From: Trypanosoma brucei
Taxonomy: Eukaryota
NCBI GenBank assembly: GCA_000002445.1
Contig: CP000069.1
Location: forward strand, 1,152,001 to 1,216,000
Direction: 5' to 3'
Length of the DNA: 64,000 bases
The number at the start of each line of letters is the position of its first letter. The first letter of the stretch is position 1. The notes below the pieces were generated by a model. The model was given only the letters and a program-made list of their open reading frames with translations, did not search any database and was not told the DNA's origin. Below, piece after piece: positions 23,620 to 33,132 of the stretch. A program made the translations under genes and the position numbers.

Positions 23620-23778
23620 TTATTTCTTTCCGCCCTTCATTTTCGCAATGGCCTCCTTTTCAGCCTTCTGCTGTTCGCGCATTTTATTACGAAACGCGAC
23701 GTCGTCATCGTCCAACTCTTGCCGATCCTTCTTAGGTGCTTTAAGAGGTTTTTGTTTACCACCTTGACGTGTGGACAT
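23620..23778 (-). CDS. TMA7: TMA7 (translation machinery-associated protein 7) homolog, 52 aa. Not in the ORF track.
   Basis: I translated the reverse complement of 23620-23778 by hand: MSTRQGGKQKPLKAPKKDRQELDDDDVAFRNKMREQQKAEKEAIAKMKGGKK*. This matches the human TMA7 N-terminus [39 protein letters not shown] motif for motif. ATG is at 23776-23778 and TAA at 23620-23622. A purine-rich plus-strand tract at 23868-23915 gives a polypyrimidine tract upstream in the mRNA sense. Confidence 0.8.
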   Translation of the reverse strand: MSTRQGGKQKPLKAPKKDRQELDDDDVAFRNKMREQQKAEKEAIAKMKGGKK

Positions 23779-23867
23779 GGCGAGTGGAGTTGTTGGTTAC
23801 AGCTGGTGTCGTTTGTTTTATTGCTGGTATAAGATGTTCTGCTTGGAACTTTGAGGCTTCGGAGAAA

Positions 23868-23915
23868 CGCACTGGAAAAGATCAGGAGAAGAAAAAAAGA
23901 GAAGAATAAAATATT
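23868..23915 (-). promoter_or_regulatory. Polypyrimidine tract candidate upstream of the TMA7 homolog.
   Basis: The plus strand reads ggaaaagatcaggagaagaaaaaaagagaagaataaaat, which is pyrimidine-rich in the mRNA sense, 90-140 nt upstream of the ATG at 23778. Confidence 0.4.
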
Positions 23916-23971
23916 ATTATATATATATATATTTTTGCTTTTATTAATGATCCCTCCCGCATACACACATA

Positions 23972-23974
<3 letters not shown>

Positions 23975-24012
<38 letters not shown>
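23975..24012. repeat. (AT)19 microsatellite
   Basis: Uninterrupted atatat... run read directly. A second shorter (AT)7 lies at 23929-23942. Confidence 0.95.
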
Positions 24013-24015
<3 letters not shown>

Positions 24016-24422
24016 TACGAATACGAACATGAACACGAATATTTCCACTTCCACACGCAGGCAGAAAAAAAAACACGGAGAGAAAGATAGCAAATGTAAT
24101 AGCTTCTGAGAAGCACATATTCCGGAACCACGCAGTAGCACGCAGCAGTGCGATATTTAAAAAATAATAATAATAATGAAACTGCTGCAAGCTCGGACAT
24201 TTTCACCTCCTACCACCATGGTCTTCACACACAAACACAAATACTCATGCATGTATGGACGAGTTAATATAAGAGAATAAGAATTTTCTATTCTCTCAAA
24301 AATGTTCGCCCAACCGTCGTATCTTATATATAAATATATATATATATATATTATATTATATTCAGGTGAGTCGAAAAAAAAAAAAATGACGCAACGTTCC
24401 GGTGCCAAGTCCTGTCAAGCAA

Positions 24423-24743
24423 TTACAAACTTCCCTTCAAATGGCAAGCGCCGTCAGCTTCGTGAATCTCCAATTTGTACTCCTGCACAGGGCTCAACAC
24501 ACCTGTGAATGGCGTCTCAAGGAAGGAACCATCAGCCTCCACGCGTCGGATGTGTGCCGTCATCGAAAAGGTGGTTGCTTGTACAATTTTTTGCTCCAGT
24601 TTAGCAGTTTCTCCAGGTTTTATTGTAAGGTTCACCTCCTCATCAGCCGCATCAGGAACGGCATAAAAGGCTTTAACCTTTACCTCTTTCGAAGTCAGAT
24701 TCTTCACGAGTGCGGAGTACACATGCGGAGGGGCGCGCACCAT
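24423..24743 (-). CDS. Small hypothetical protein (106 aa). Beta-rich and acidic.
   Basis: ATG at 24741-24743. Sits between two (TA)n-rich intergenic regions with correct orientation. No family recognised. Confidence 0.45.
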   Translation of the reverse strand: MVRAPPHVYSALVKNLTSKEVKVKAFYAVPDAADEEVNLTIKPGETAKLEQKIVQATTFSMTAHIRRVEADGSFLETPFTGVLSPVQEYKLEIHEADGACHLKGSL

Positions 24744-25460
24744 TTCGTTTGTGTTGTTGTATTATCAGAAAATAACAAAGAAAAAAACAATAATAATGAT
24801 AATAATAATAATGGCACTGTGAAGGTAATGAAACTGAAAACTTCACCTCCCTGTTATTTTCGCTGGTTACCAAATATTTTCCTATCTTTTTCTTCATAAT
24901 AATTTTTTTTAATGAGAAAAATAAAGAAAAGTGTAAACCAATAAAACATAAACGGGGAAAGTTAGGGGATGATGAATCCACCGAAGGCTAATATTTTAAT
25001 GTAAACATTAATATATATATATATATATATATATTCAAAACGGAACATGTAAACATGAAATGGTTCTTGCAAAAAAAAAAAATGAACTCCCTCCTGCCCA
25101 ACATCGGTAGTCAGTCAAGAAAAGAAATGAATTCGCTAGCAGAAAATAAATGATCTGCATGACTACCTGTAAAAATACAAAAAAAAACCGAACGAGTCCC
25201 CTCGCATATATCATTTAACCACTGCTTACACCGTGTTCAGATGAGGCGCCGTGTTGAACTTTAAAAAAAAAAAAAGGAAAATTGGAACGGATACAGAAGA
25301 GAGGCCTCCATAGCGTGACCAACAACAAGTAATTTGACGTGTGCAACACAACACGAGACCGCACATGATCAAATTCTTTCATCATTAACGTCGGCATAGT
25401 CAGGCCTGGCGATACTCTTCAGAGGTGTTTTACTGACTGATCAACAACACATGTCGCACA

Positions 25461-26252
25461 TTAAACGACTTGTCCAATAGCCATAAGATAATACCGCTCC
25501 GCTAAAGGCCAGTTACATGCCTTAAAATAGTTTTCAACGTATTGTTTCAACCCTGAAGTCCCGTAGTCTAAAATGTAGGCACTCTCATGAACATTCAGTG
25601 CAAGAAGGGGAATAAGATCGCTAGCGATTGGACATGAACCGTGAGGAAACTCCACCACATCAAAATGCACCCCGGACCATACCAAATACACCCAACCACA
25701 CCGTTCTTGGTGAGAAGCCGCTGTTACCCATACAATTCGGCGGACTTCATCCACTGCATCGGCGGAACCATTAGTTCCGTACTGCAGCTGTAGTGCCTCA
25801 CGTAACCGCGGTGGAGGTGCAGTACCCCATGGGCGCAGAGACTTGTAGAAGAAGCAGTAATTAAAGTGTTCCGACGCCGCAGTGTGGGCTACGGCTTGTG
25901 TAGCGTCAAAAGAAGTCTTCCGTATCACAGTTTCGAGATTGTGTCCCTCAAGTGGTGTGCCTAATGTGTGACGGTTGAGTGTTTCCACAACATCGCGATG
26001 AAAGAGGGAGTATTGCATATCGAACTGATCCTTGGAGAAAAGAGCAGGAATACCGCTCGAAACAGGGTAGTTTAATCGTGGTTGACTGAAAAATCCGGTT
26101 TCCTCTTTTGCTTTGTCAGCCCGGGCCGCAGCAGCCTCCGTCTCACGGAAAACTGCGGTTGCGATATTGGAAGGCATAAAAGTCTCTCCCATCTGAACAG
26201 ACGCGCCCTTTGGGACGTATGCATGATAACTAAGGCGCCGGCACAAACGCAT
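25461..26252 (-). CDS. Fe/Mn-superoxide-dismutase-fold protein with degenerate metal ligands (pseudo-SOD), N-terminal mitochondrial presequence (263 aa). Possibly a mitoribosomal SOD-like subunit.
   Basis: ATG at 26250-26252. SOD family motifs are present but mutated. HFNYCFFYKSL aligns to NHSLFWKNL (His retained). GWVYLVW aligns to GSGWxWL. NVHESAYILDYG aligns to DVWEHAYYLxY, with the Asp ligand changed to Asn and the His ligand to Ser. The first His ligand region (EYHYGKHH in the E. coli Fe-SOD) is QYSLFHRD here. N-terminus is MRLCRRLSYHAYVPKG. Confidence 0.75.
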   Translation of the reverse strand: MRLCRRLSYHAYVPKGASVQMGETFMPSNIATAVFRETEAAAARADKAKEETGFFSQPRLNYPVSSGIPALFSKDQFDMQYSLFHRDVVETLNRHTLGTPLEGHNLETVIRKTSFDATQAVAHTAASEHFNYCFFYKSLRPWGTAPPPRLREALQLQYGTNGSADAVDEVRRIVWVTAASHQERCGWVYLVWSGVHFDVVEFPHGSCPIASDLIPLLALNVHESAYILDYGTSGLKQYVENYFKACNWPLAERYYLMAIGQVV

Positions 26253-26436
26253 AAGGTAGACCTACAATTCAAGTGCTTTCTGCAGAGACGAATATACGCT
26301 TTGCCGCTTATTGACGCTATGCCGTACAAAACGAGACAATTAAAGTGAAAAGAAAAGACACATTATATGTAGAGAAAAACAAGGAGGGAGTACAAAAAAA
26401 AAAGAGGTTAAGTACATAACAACAATAGGCGGTAGA

Positions 26437-26441
26437 CCACA

Positions 26442-26488
<47 letters not shown>
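26437..26488. repeat. Compound (CA)15(TA)10 microsatellite
   Basis: cacacacacacacacacacacacacacacacatatatatatatatatatata read directly, in the intergenic region between genes at 26252 and 26691. Confidence 0.95.
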
Positions 26489-26690
26489 CCGCAATAATGA
26501 TCGCGCGTCGAATATGTCACCACGATAAGATTGCATACTCCTCTCCCGTTTGACCTCATGCAACTCTCCCCGTCTCATCACTGTCTCGCGTGATTGACCG
26601 CGGAAGTGAACATTTAATAGAACAAAAACTAGCACAGGAGGGCCTTTCAGAATTGCCTGACACGCTGCACCGGTACAAAAAATCGTGCAA

Positions 26691-27416
26691 TCAATTAGTC
26701 GAGACCTCCACATGAGAAGGTTGTGGTACCGCTGAAGCCAACTGCTGTTTCTTCGCCACCGCAGCGCGCGCAATGTCACGCAATAGTTGCTCCTTGTCGA
26801 TTCCGTACTTTTCTAAAACCTCTTCAACCTTTTTTCCGTCTTCCATGGGGAGAATTTCCTTTTCCATCGACTCCACAAGCATTTGAGCCTGCTTCTGCAG
26901 GACGAAATTTTTCTGTATTTCCTTCTGCCTCACTAAAATATGGCGACGGATCCGCTCTCCATACGTGGAGCGTAGTTCTGGGCCACTGCGCTTCAAAATA
27001 AAGTTATCGAATCCACCATCCTTCTCAACTTCAAACATTGCCGCCTCCACCATTGGCACCTGTACCCAGTGGTCAAGCACATCACTATAGTGAATCCCCG
27101 TCTTCACATACGGGTATTTCAACTGCCGATAAACGTTTTGAACCTGTCGGGATGTACGCACCCGCTCACGAACACGTTCGTTGAGCCAAATAACATCCAT
27201 CTCTTGCGGTGGCTTCGGTAAAAAAGAACGCTGCGTAACACCACTCATACGGTAAAGAGAATAACGATTAACTTTGTTGCACCACGCCGCCCACGGCGGG
27301 AGACCCATCGAAACATAACGATTAACCAGCCCCCGAGGCGGCCCATGCGGTGCAACTGATGTTTCTGGATTTAGCGCGAATGTTGAAAAGAGTCGAACAT
27401 CTGTGTTCCGTAACAT
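26691..27416 (-). CDS. Hypothetical protein (241 aa) with a basic N-terminus and a Lys/Glu-rich C-terminal helix. Possibly mitochondrial.
   Basis: ATG at 27414-27416. N-terminus MLRNTDVRLFSTFALNPETS is presequence-like. The purine-rich plus-strand tract at 27440-27560 is the polypyrimidine tract in the mRNA sense. Confidence 0.5.
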   Translation of the reverse strand: MLRNTDVRLFSTFALNPETSVAPHGPPRGLVNRYVSMGLPPWAAWCNKVNRYSLYRMSGVTQRSFLPKPPQEMDVIWLNERVRERVRTSRQVQNVYRQLKYPYVKTGIHYSDVLDHWVQVPMVEAAMFEVEKDGGFDNFILKRSGPELRSTYGERIRRHILVRQKEIQKNFVLQKQAQMLVESMEKEILPMEDGKKVEEVLEKYGIDKEQLLRDIARAAVAKKQQLASAVPQPSHVEVSTN

Positions 27417-28290
27417 TCCCTACTCTTCCACCCACGCGAGGGGTCGGAAAATCTCTCAAAACAAAAAAAAAAATAGGTCCAGCAAAAGTAAATAAAGAAG
27501 AGACTAAAATAATTAAAAAAAGAAGAGTGATACTTAAGTGAGGAACAAAAAAAAGGGAGAAAATATATTACGACATGGATGATTTGAGACTACCACATGG
27601 GAAATATGGCTTAAAGTGTCGGACACACGATACAAACACGTGTTACTTTGACTTGTTGACATCATGGCCTCATATGAAAAATATGTCGTGTCATCTGTAC
27701 GAAAATAATAGTCACAATATTAAAGATAAAATACATATTTCCCTTTCTTCACTCATTTATATCATTAGGCGACGCAGTCGAGAGTTTCGTTGATCTCCCT
27801 GCGATTGAAACAAAACCAAAAGAAAAGGCATAAATAATATCATCAACAAAAAGAAAAGAAGGGGAAAAAATGCAAAATAATTAGAGGCTGCAAAAAAAAA
27901 AAAAAACTTCGCGGGCTGCCAAGAAAGCATAATGGCAACGCCAGCCACAAATAAGAAAGAAAAAAGAAGAAGCGATACAAAAATAAAAAAATTAAAAATC
28001 GATATGTGACGCGAGTATACACAATGGGTCCCCATTGTAGCAGCACCCCAATCCCTGAGTAACATTATAGTTAGTTACTGGGATATTTGTGAAATGAAGT
28101 ATGGTGGTAACTTACCTCAACGCACCAAATAAAGTAAAATTGGGACGACGAATGGCAAACAATAAAACGAAAGCGTACGTGGGGAGGAAAGACAAGCATG
28201 AGTGTATTTCAAAATTTTAATAATAGCAATGACAGAAAAAATATTTGAAAAAAAAAATAAATCATGTGCATTGTCTGAGATGTGAAAACA

Positions 28291-29112
28291 TTAGTGAGAA
28301 GCACCGGGTGGGGGTAGGCAAATGGGAAAGGACACATGAAATTGAACAGGAGTGTAAACATAAAGTTCTCCACTGCGCACCGAAAGCGGCATCACATAAA
28401 CTCCAGGAAGTTGTGTACCTGGTGGAGCAAATCCAATGCCTGTTTCATCTGTTTGTCCCTGTGCCGTTACTTTGTTGATTGGTTGAGTTACCCTCCGCCG
28501 CTCTGTTGGAAGAGAGAAATTGTTAGAAGGGGAGGCAAGCTCAGTGAACAATTCGCGACCAGCACCCGTCGGAACCGTGGAGGAGCTTTCAGTTGATTTC
28601 GGCTCGATGAAGTTGCGGTCAGTAATACACGTGTCTGAAGAAACACTCCATGTGTCACCACGGTAAGGTTCCTCGTGATGGAAGAGGCAACGTGAGCCAA
28701 ATGCACAGAGGCCAGTTTTACAGAATTGTTTGCATAACTTCTTTTTCCCAAAAGTGTGAGGCTTCACAGTCGGCGAACGCATGCAGTTGCCCTCCGTGTG
28801 AATTACTTCTGCCGGGCTGGAGCCGACCCTCCCGGTGAGTGTTGATGTGACTGCGCGGGTCCGCACTTCGCCCTGTTTTTGCAAGGACGACACAACGCAG
28901 CTCACATATTCCTCCAAATTCTCCATGTTGTGAATGGGTCGTGACATGTCCACTACTCGAGATACCTCCCATGGTGATACACTGAGATATGCTGCAAGCA
29001 CTCGAATAGCCGTGTCTGTTGTGAAGTCACCGCTGTGAGTTGGAAATGAAGCACGAATGAACGACTGCAAGTCACTGAACTTGTCCAAACCGGACCCGGA
29101 AGGGAACCCCAT
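28291..29112 (-). CDS. CCCH-type zinc-finger protein (273 aa from the first ATG).
   Basis: The listed start at 29193 is TTG. The first ATG is at 29110-29112. It has one C-x8-C-x5-C-x3-H finger: C KQFCKTGL C AFGSR C LFH H. Single-finger ZC3H proteins are common kinetoplastid RNA regulators. Confidence 0.7.
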   Translation of the reverse strand: MGFPSGSGLDKFSDLQSFIRASFPTHSGDFTTDTAIRVLAAYLSVSPWEVSRVVDMSRPIHNMENLEEYVSCVVSSLQKQGEVRTRAVTSTLTGRVGSSPAEVIHTEGNCMRSPTVKPHTFGKKKLCKQFCKTGLCAFGSRCLFHHEEPYRGDTWSVSSDTCITDRNFIEPKSTESSSTVPTGAGRELFTELASPSNNFSLPTERRRVTQPINKVTAQGQTDETGIGFAPPGTQLPGVYVMPLSVRSGELYVYTPVQFHVSFPICLPPPGASH

Positions 29113-29985
29113 AAAAATGCAAGTGACCGCTTGTCCAATAAATCCAAACCAGTACACAAACGAGTTGTGGAAAGCCTTCTCTCGGACAATCAAAATCCTT
29201 CTTTACTTTCGCTGGTTATCTTATTCTTCCTACTGCGATGGTAAACCGAATACACACACACGCACACGACCCTTTCGTCTCAGGATTTAGGTGGACAGAA
29301 ACGGAAAACAAGGAAGAATTAAAGCAAAATTTATGCAAAAAAAAACCTAGCAAAGAGTATCACAGCTTTCAGATGAAAAGAATTCAGGCAAACAGTACCA
29401 TTAATTCTTTTAACCACGGAACAGCATCAAACTCCGTATCATCGGAGAAGGGAGCGGACGCCCCTATAAGAATAAGGATTGAAAACTCACAGAGAGGAGT
29501 TGTGAAACCCCTTCCCCCTTCCCCCTACACACACACACACACACAGTAACAAAGGGAAGAACAGCATGCGTTAACAAAAACACACACGCATGATAGTAAA
29601 CCTCAAATAGAGTAATAGGACGCGGTTGGGGTCTCTTTACCCTTCAACCATTACAGGAGAGCATTAGCGACAAACAAAAGAAAAAAACGCATTGACAAAG
29701 GAGGGCGGACAACTTTCCCCAAAGTGGCGCTCCTCACGTAAGAAAATGGGCCACCGCATCAATAACTCGGTCACAAGCGAAGGTTTTTAACTAGGTGCCT
29801 ACTTGAATTTATGATGGAATACGGGCAACGCGACGAAGGAAGAAAAACAAGGTTATATTACATGGATATTACAAGCAACCCAAGTCCATACAAATGAGAA
29901 ACTGATTAGGCGAAAACAGCATACTGCGATATTTAAAGAGCCCCAACACTCACGGGACGGTTCATACGGTACAGGAACGATAAGG

Positions 29986-30369
29986 CTAGTTGGGCATCAA
30001 CTGCTCATAGTCGTATCCCTCTTTCCCAGAAATATAGAACCAAATAACAACGAGACTGAACAAACCGGGGATTATGCAAATTGCGCTGACAACAATTAGC
30101 GCGATGCTGCGAGGGACATCCCACGTGAAGTAAAAACAGAGAATAGCAAGGGTAAGGAGAGTCAAACCAACGCCTGAAAGGGCAAAACCCAAAACAAACG
30201 AGCTCCAGCCATTCCAGTACAAGTCACCCACACGTCGTTCCGCACCCATGGGATCGTGGGGACATAACCATGCGCAAAACTTCGACGTGCCTCTGGGAAA
30301 CTTTTCGTCAGGTTCAATCGGTACCTCCATAACATCCGACCCGACTGGCCGGTACCGGATACCGCTCAT
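29986..30369 (-). CDS. Small two-TM membrane protein (127 aa). TMEM230/DUF872-like architecture.
   Basis: ATG at 30367-30369. Two adjacent hydrophobic helices (FVLGFALSGVGLTLLTLAILCFYF and IALIVVSAICIIPGLFSLVVIWFYI) after a polar N-terminus. Confidence 0.55.
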   Translation of the reverse strand: MSGIRYRPVGSDVMEVPIEPDEKFPRGTSKFCAWLCPHDPMGAERRVGDLYWNGWSSFVLGFALSGVGLTLLTLAILCFYFTWDVPRSIALIVVSAICIIPGLFSLVVIWFYISGKEGYDYEQLMPN

Positions 30370-30767
30370 ATTTGTCTACTACCTGAGGAAACAGAAACAA
30401 ACTGCCGATGCTTGTGTAATCAGTTTGGTGTATGTTTCCTTGAAAGGGGAAAAAGAAAAGGGTAGAAAGAAAAGAAGAAGGGCAACGTGCGGGGTCGTAT
30501 AAGAAACACACATACTTATCCTATCGGAGCGAATCAACGTATAGCAACGGTGCAGAAAACCGGGAATACATTTGTACTTCCTATAGAAAAAAGTGAAATG
30601 GACATGCTCCATCTTTCAAAAAATCAGCCGCCATCCACCCATCCCTCTTCATTCCAGCTAAACTTCTGTCGGCACGCTAGGAGACCGATCACCAAATAAT
30701 CAGGGGGAACTTATGAACAATTTCAAATGTATTCTCATAGCTTGATAGATCAAATGCGCTACTCACT

Positions 30768-31553
30768 TCAGTGTGCCGTTGCTATAGGGTAAGATGTTGA
30801 TGGGGAACCCTGAAAAACCTGTGGGTAGTCGCGGCGGAGAGCATCCATTATATTGTCCACTGACGCCCGAATATCGCGAGCAGAACCCGCAGCGCGCAAT
30901 ATCGTTAAGGAGAGTTTCCGATCGTTTGCCACCGCAATGCAAGCCGCAAGGGCGGCCACGATGTCCTGTTGTTGAGTTCGATAACCGTGGAACAAATCCG
31001 GATAACGCTGGATAAAAAATTGATCAAACGTTAGCGCTGGGTTAAACCTGCCCGCCGTTTCAAATTCTTCCTTTAAGCGCATCTGCTCCCGGTATGGAAG
31101 CAAAGCGCGGAGAAGTATATAATAAGCCACACTGTGTGGAGGAAGCTGCCACGACTGTATGTTCTTGAGAAGATATATCGGAGAGTTTGTGTCGGACAGC
31201 TGCATCATCGCCAATATAAGCAATAAAGCTGTGGAAAAGAACAAAAAACGCAACATCTGCATAGCCGCTGCAGGAGGCTGCGCCCCACACGCACCGCTGC
31301 TACAACTACCGCCACCCTGTGATGAATACTGCGGCATGGCTTCCACTATTTTTTTCGAGAATCGCTCACGCAATTGCCGCTCACGCTCCAATTCCTCGCG
31401 ATCTTCCTGCTCTGCATTTGCCTTGTTCTCCTTATTGCACAGAAGAGATGTAGTGTGTAACACACATTTGGGCTCTAGCATGGCCAATCCTGGGATGGGT
31501 ACCCTTCTCGGCAGCCGGTTTATTAATGTCCCAGTCATTCCTGATACAGTCAT
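30768..31553 (-). CDS. Hypothetical protein (261 aa) with one central hydrophobic segment.
   Basis: ATG at 31551-31553. TM candidate LRFLFFSTALLLILAMMQL. No family recognised. Confidence 0.45.
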   Translation of the reverse strand: MTVSGMTGTLINRLPRRVPIPGLAMLEPKCVLHTTSLLCNKENKANAEQEDREELERERQLRERFSKKIVEAMPQYSSQGGGSCSSGACGAQPPAAAMQMLRFLFFSTALLLILAMMQLSDTNSPIYLLKNIQSWQLPPHSVAYYILLRALLPYREQMRLKEEFETAGRFNPALTFDQFFIQRYPDLFHGYRTQQQDIVAALAACIAVANDRKLSLTILRAAGSARDIRASVDNIMDALRRDYPQVFQGSPSTSYPIATAH

Positions 31554-31871
31554 TGAGGCTCTACACTGCGTATGTACACGACCGCGCTTAAGATACGTGC
31601 GAAATGTATATTATGCGTTGTGACATCCAAGATAGGAGAGAAATTAGGGAAACATAGAATACAAAACAAGGGTTAAAGTAAGATGACCATTCTCAAATCA
31701 GGGCCAACATCAATGTTCGAAAGTTGCGCACACACAGTAACTCTGAAACGTTTAGATGACGCGGCGGGTGGAACACGACACAAATACGCACACACAAAGA
31801 GGAGGATCGAACGACCCAATGAAACGGTACGCGCACCAACAGATGAAGGGAATGAATCAGCGCTACCACGG

Positions 31872-32489
31872 CTAATAAAGTGCGAACATGGAGTTCATTT
31901 TGCGCACATGTATTCTTACTTTTACCCGCTTGTTATCGTACACTTCACGGTTAATGCCCAACTCCTCTGCCCCGGGTAGGTAGAGCCAGCACCAGTTGTG
32001 CCCCAACTCTTGTATGCCCGTTCGCCGGTCCTTCTCACGGAATTCTATCAGACGAGGGTCTATACGCACCTTGTATTGCTCCCACAGCTTCTGTGCAACA
32101 TCCCTCTTGCGAAGTGGACAGTTAATGAGAAAGCCCTGTCCCCAAGACTGCCGCCCGAAGAGCAGGTAGCCTGTGTTCACCCGCCAATACACGTCGAGCC
32201 ACTGCCGCTTCCGTGCAGCAAAATCGAGGAACTCTTCATTACGTTCGATAAAGCAGTCATACTTGTCAGTGTCGGGATTGTAGCACCACAACCCGCGACG
32301 AAGTTCCTCCGTGGGCGTTACAGCGTGGCCCGCTTCCATATACTTCCGCGCCACCTCCAGTTTGACAAGCCGCTCCTCACCTGCAAACCCTCCCTGCGGT
32401 CCTAGGATCGTCCTCGTAAATAGTACTGGCATGTACTCCAGCTGCAGCTCTGGGGCCATCTCACGAAAAAGACGAGTAAATCGCAACAT
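31872..32489 (-). CDS. Hypothetical protein (205 aa), basic and Trp/Tyr-rich. Possibly mitochondrial.
   Basis: The listed start at 32501 is GTG. The first ATG is at 32487-32489 (MLRFTRLFREMAP...). Confidence 0.5.
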   Translation of the reverse strand: MLRFTRLFREMAPELQLEYMPVLFTRTILGPQGGFAGEERLVKLEVARKYMEAGHAVTPTEELRRGLWCYNPDTDKYDCFIERNEEFLDFAARKRQWLDVYWRVNTGYLLFGRQSWGQGFLINCPLRKRDVAQKLWEQYKVRIDPRLIEFREKDRRTGIQELGHNWCWLYLPGAEELGINREVYDNKRVKVRIHVRKMNSMFALY

Positions 32490-33132
32490 GTTACCTAACA
32501 CTCACCCGCCTTCTACCTCTGAATTTCCCTCTCCACTCTAACCACAACAGCAGGACGCAAAGGGTGAAAGAAACCGAGACCTATTCGGTACACCCCTCCT
32601 GCACTTGAAACAGCGAAACGAAGCAAGTGAATCTAACGCAAATTTCCGCATGTTGAGGAATTAATTGACTGGAAACTAGCTTGACAACCGACCCATACCG
32701 TGTGGAAGGAGGAACAACCTCCCACTATTATGAACACAAGCAACTGTAAGAACGCTAATGTGAAAAAAATCGTGACAATGTTCAGTGGTACACAGCTAGT
32801 TACCACCTCCTCATACAAATTATTCGAGTTTTCTTCCATTTAAAAAAAAATGCATCACAAGCACATCACAACCAAAGACCACATTGGGGCGTCACGACAT
32901 AAGAACAAAAAATATTTGGGATCATTTACAGTCTGGGCGATGCTCCACCGCCAGTTCACACCCTCCAACCTACACTACCACGGCAGCGCTTCCCATGATA
33001 AGCAAAGCAGTGCCAAACAAATGCATGCAAATGCAAACGAACAGCTGCCAGTGCCCACACCCATAGACCAACTCGATATCCCTTTGACATCCACCATCAT
33101 AAACAACCTTATGACCCCAAGGACCCGTCATC

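Noticed and set aside
23637-24206. 189-aa minus-strand ORF from the track
   Set aside because: It runs straight through the (AT)19 microsatellite and A/T-rich intergenic sequence. Its translation is I/Y/F low-complexity. The real gene here is the 52-aa TMA7 homolog in another frame.
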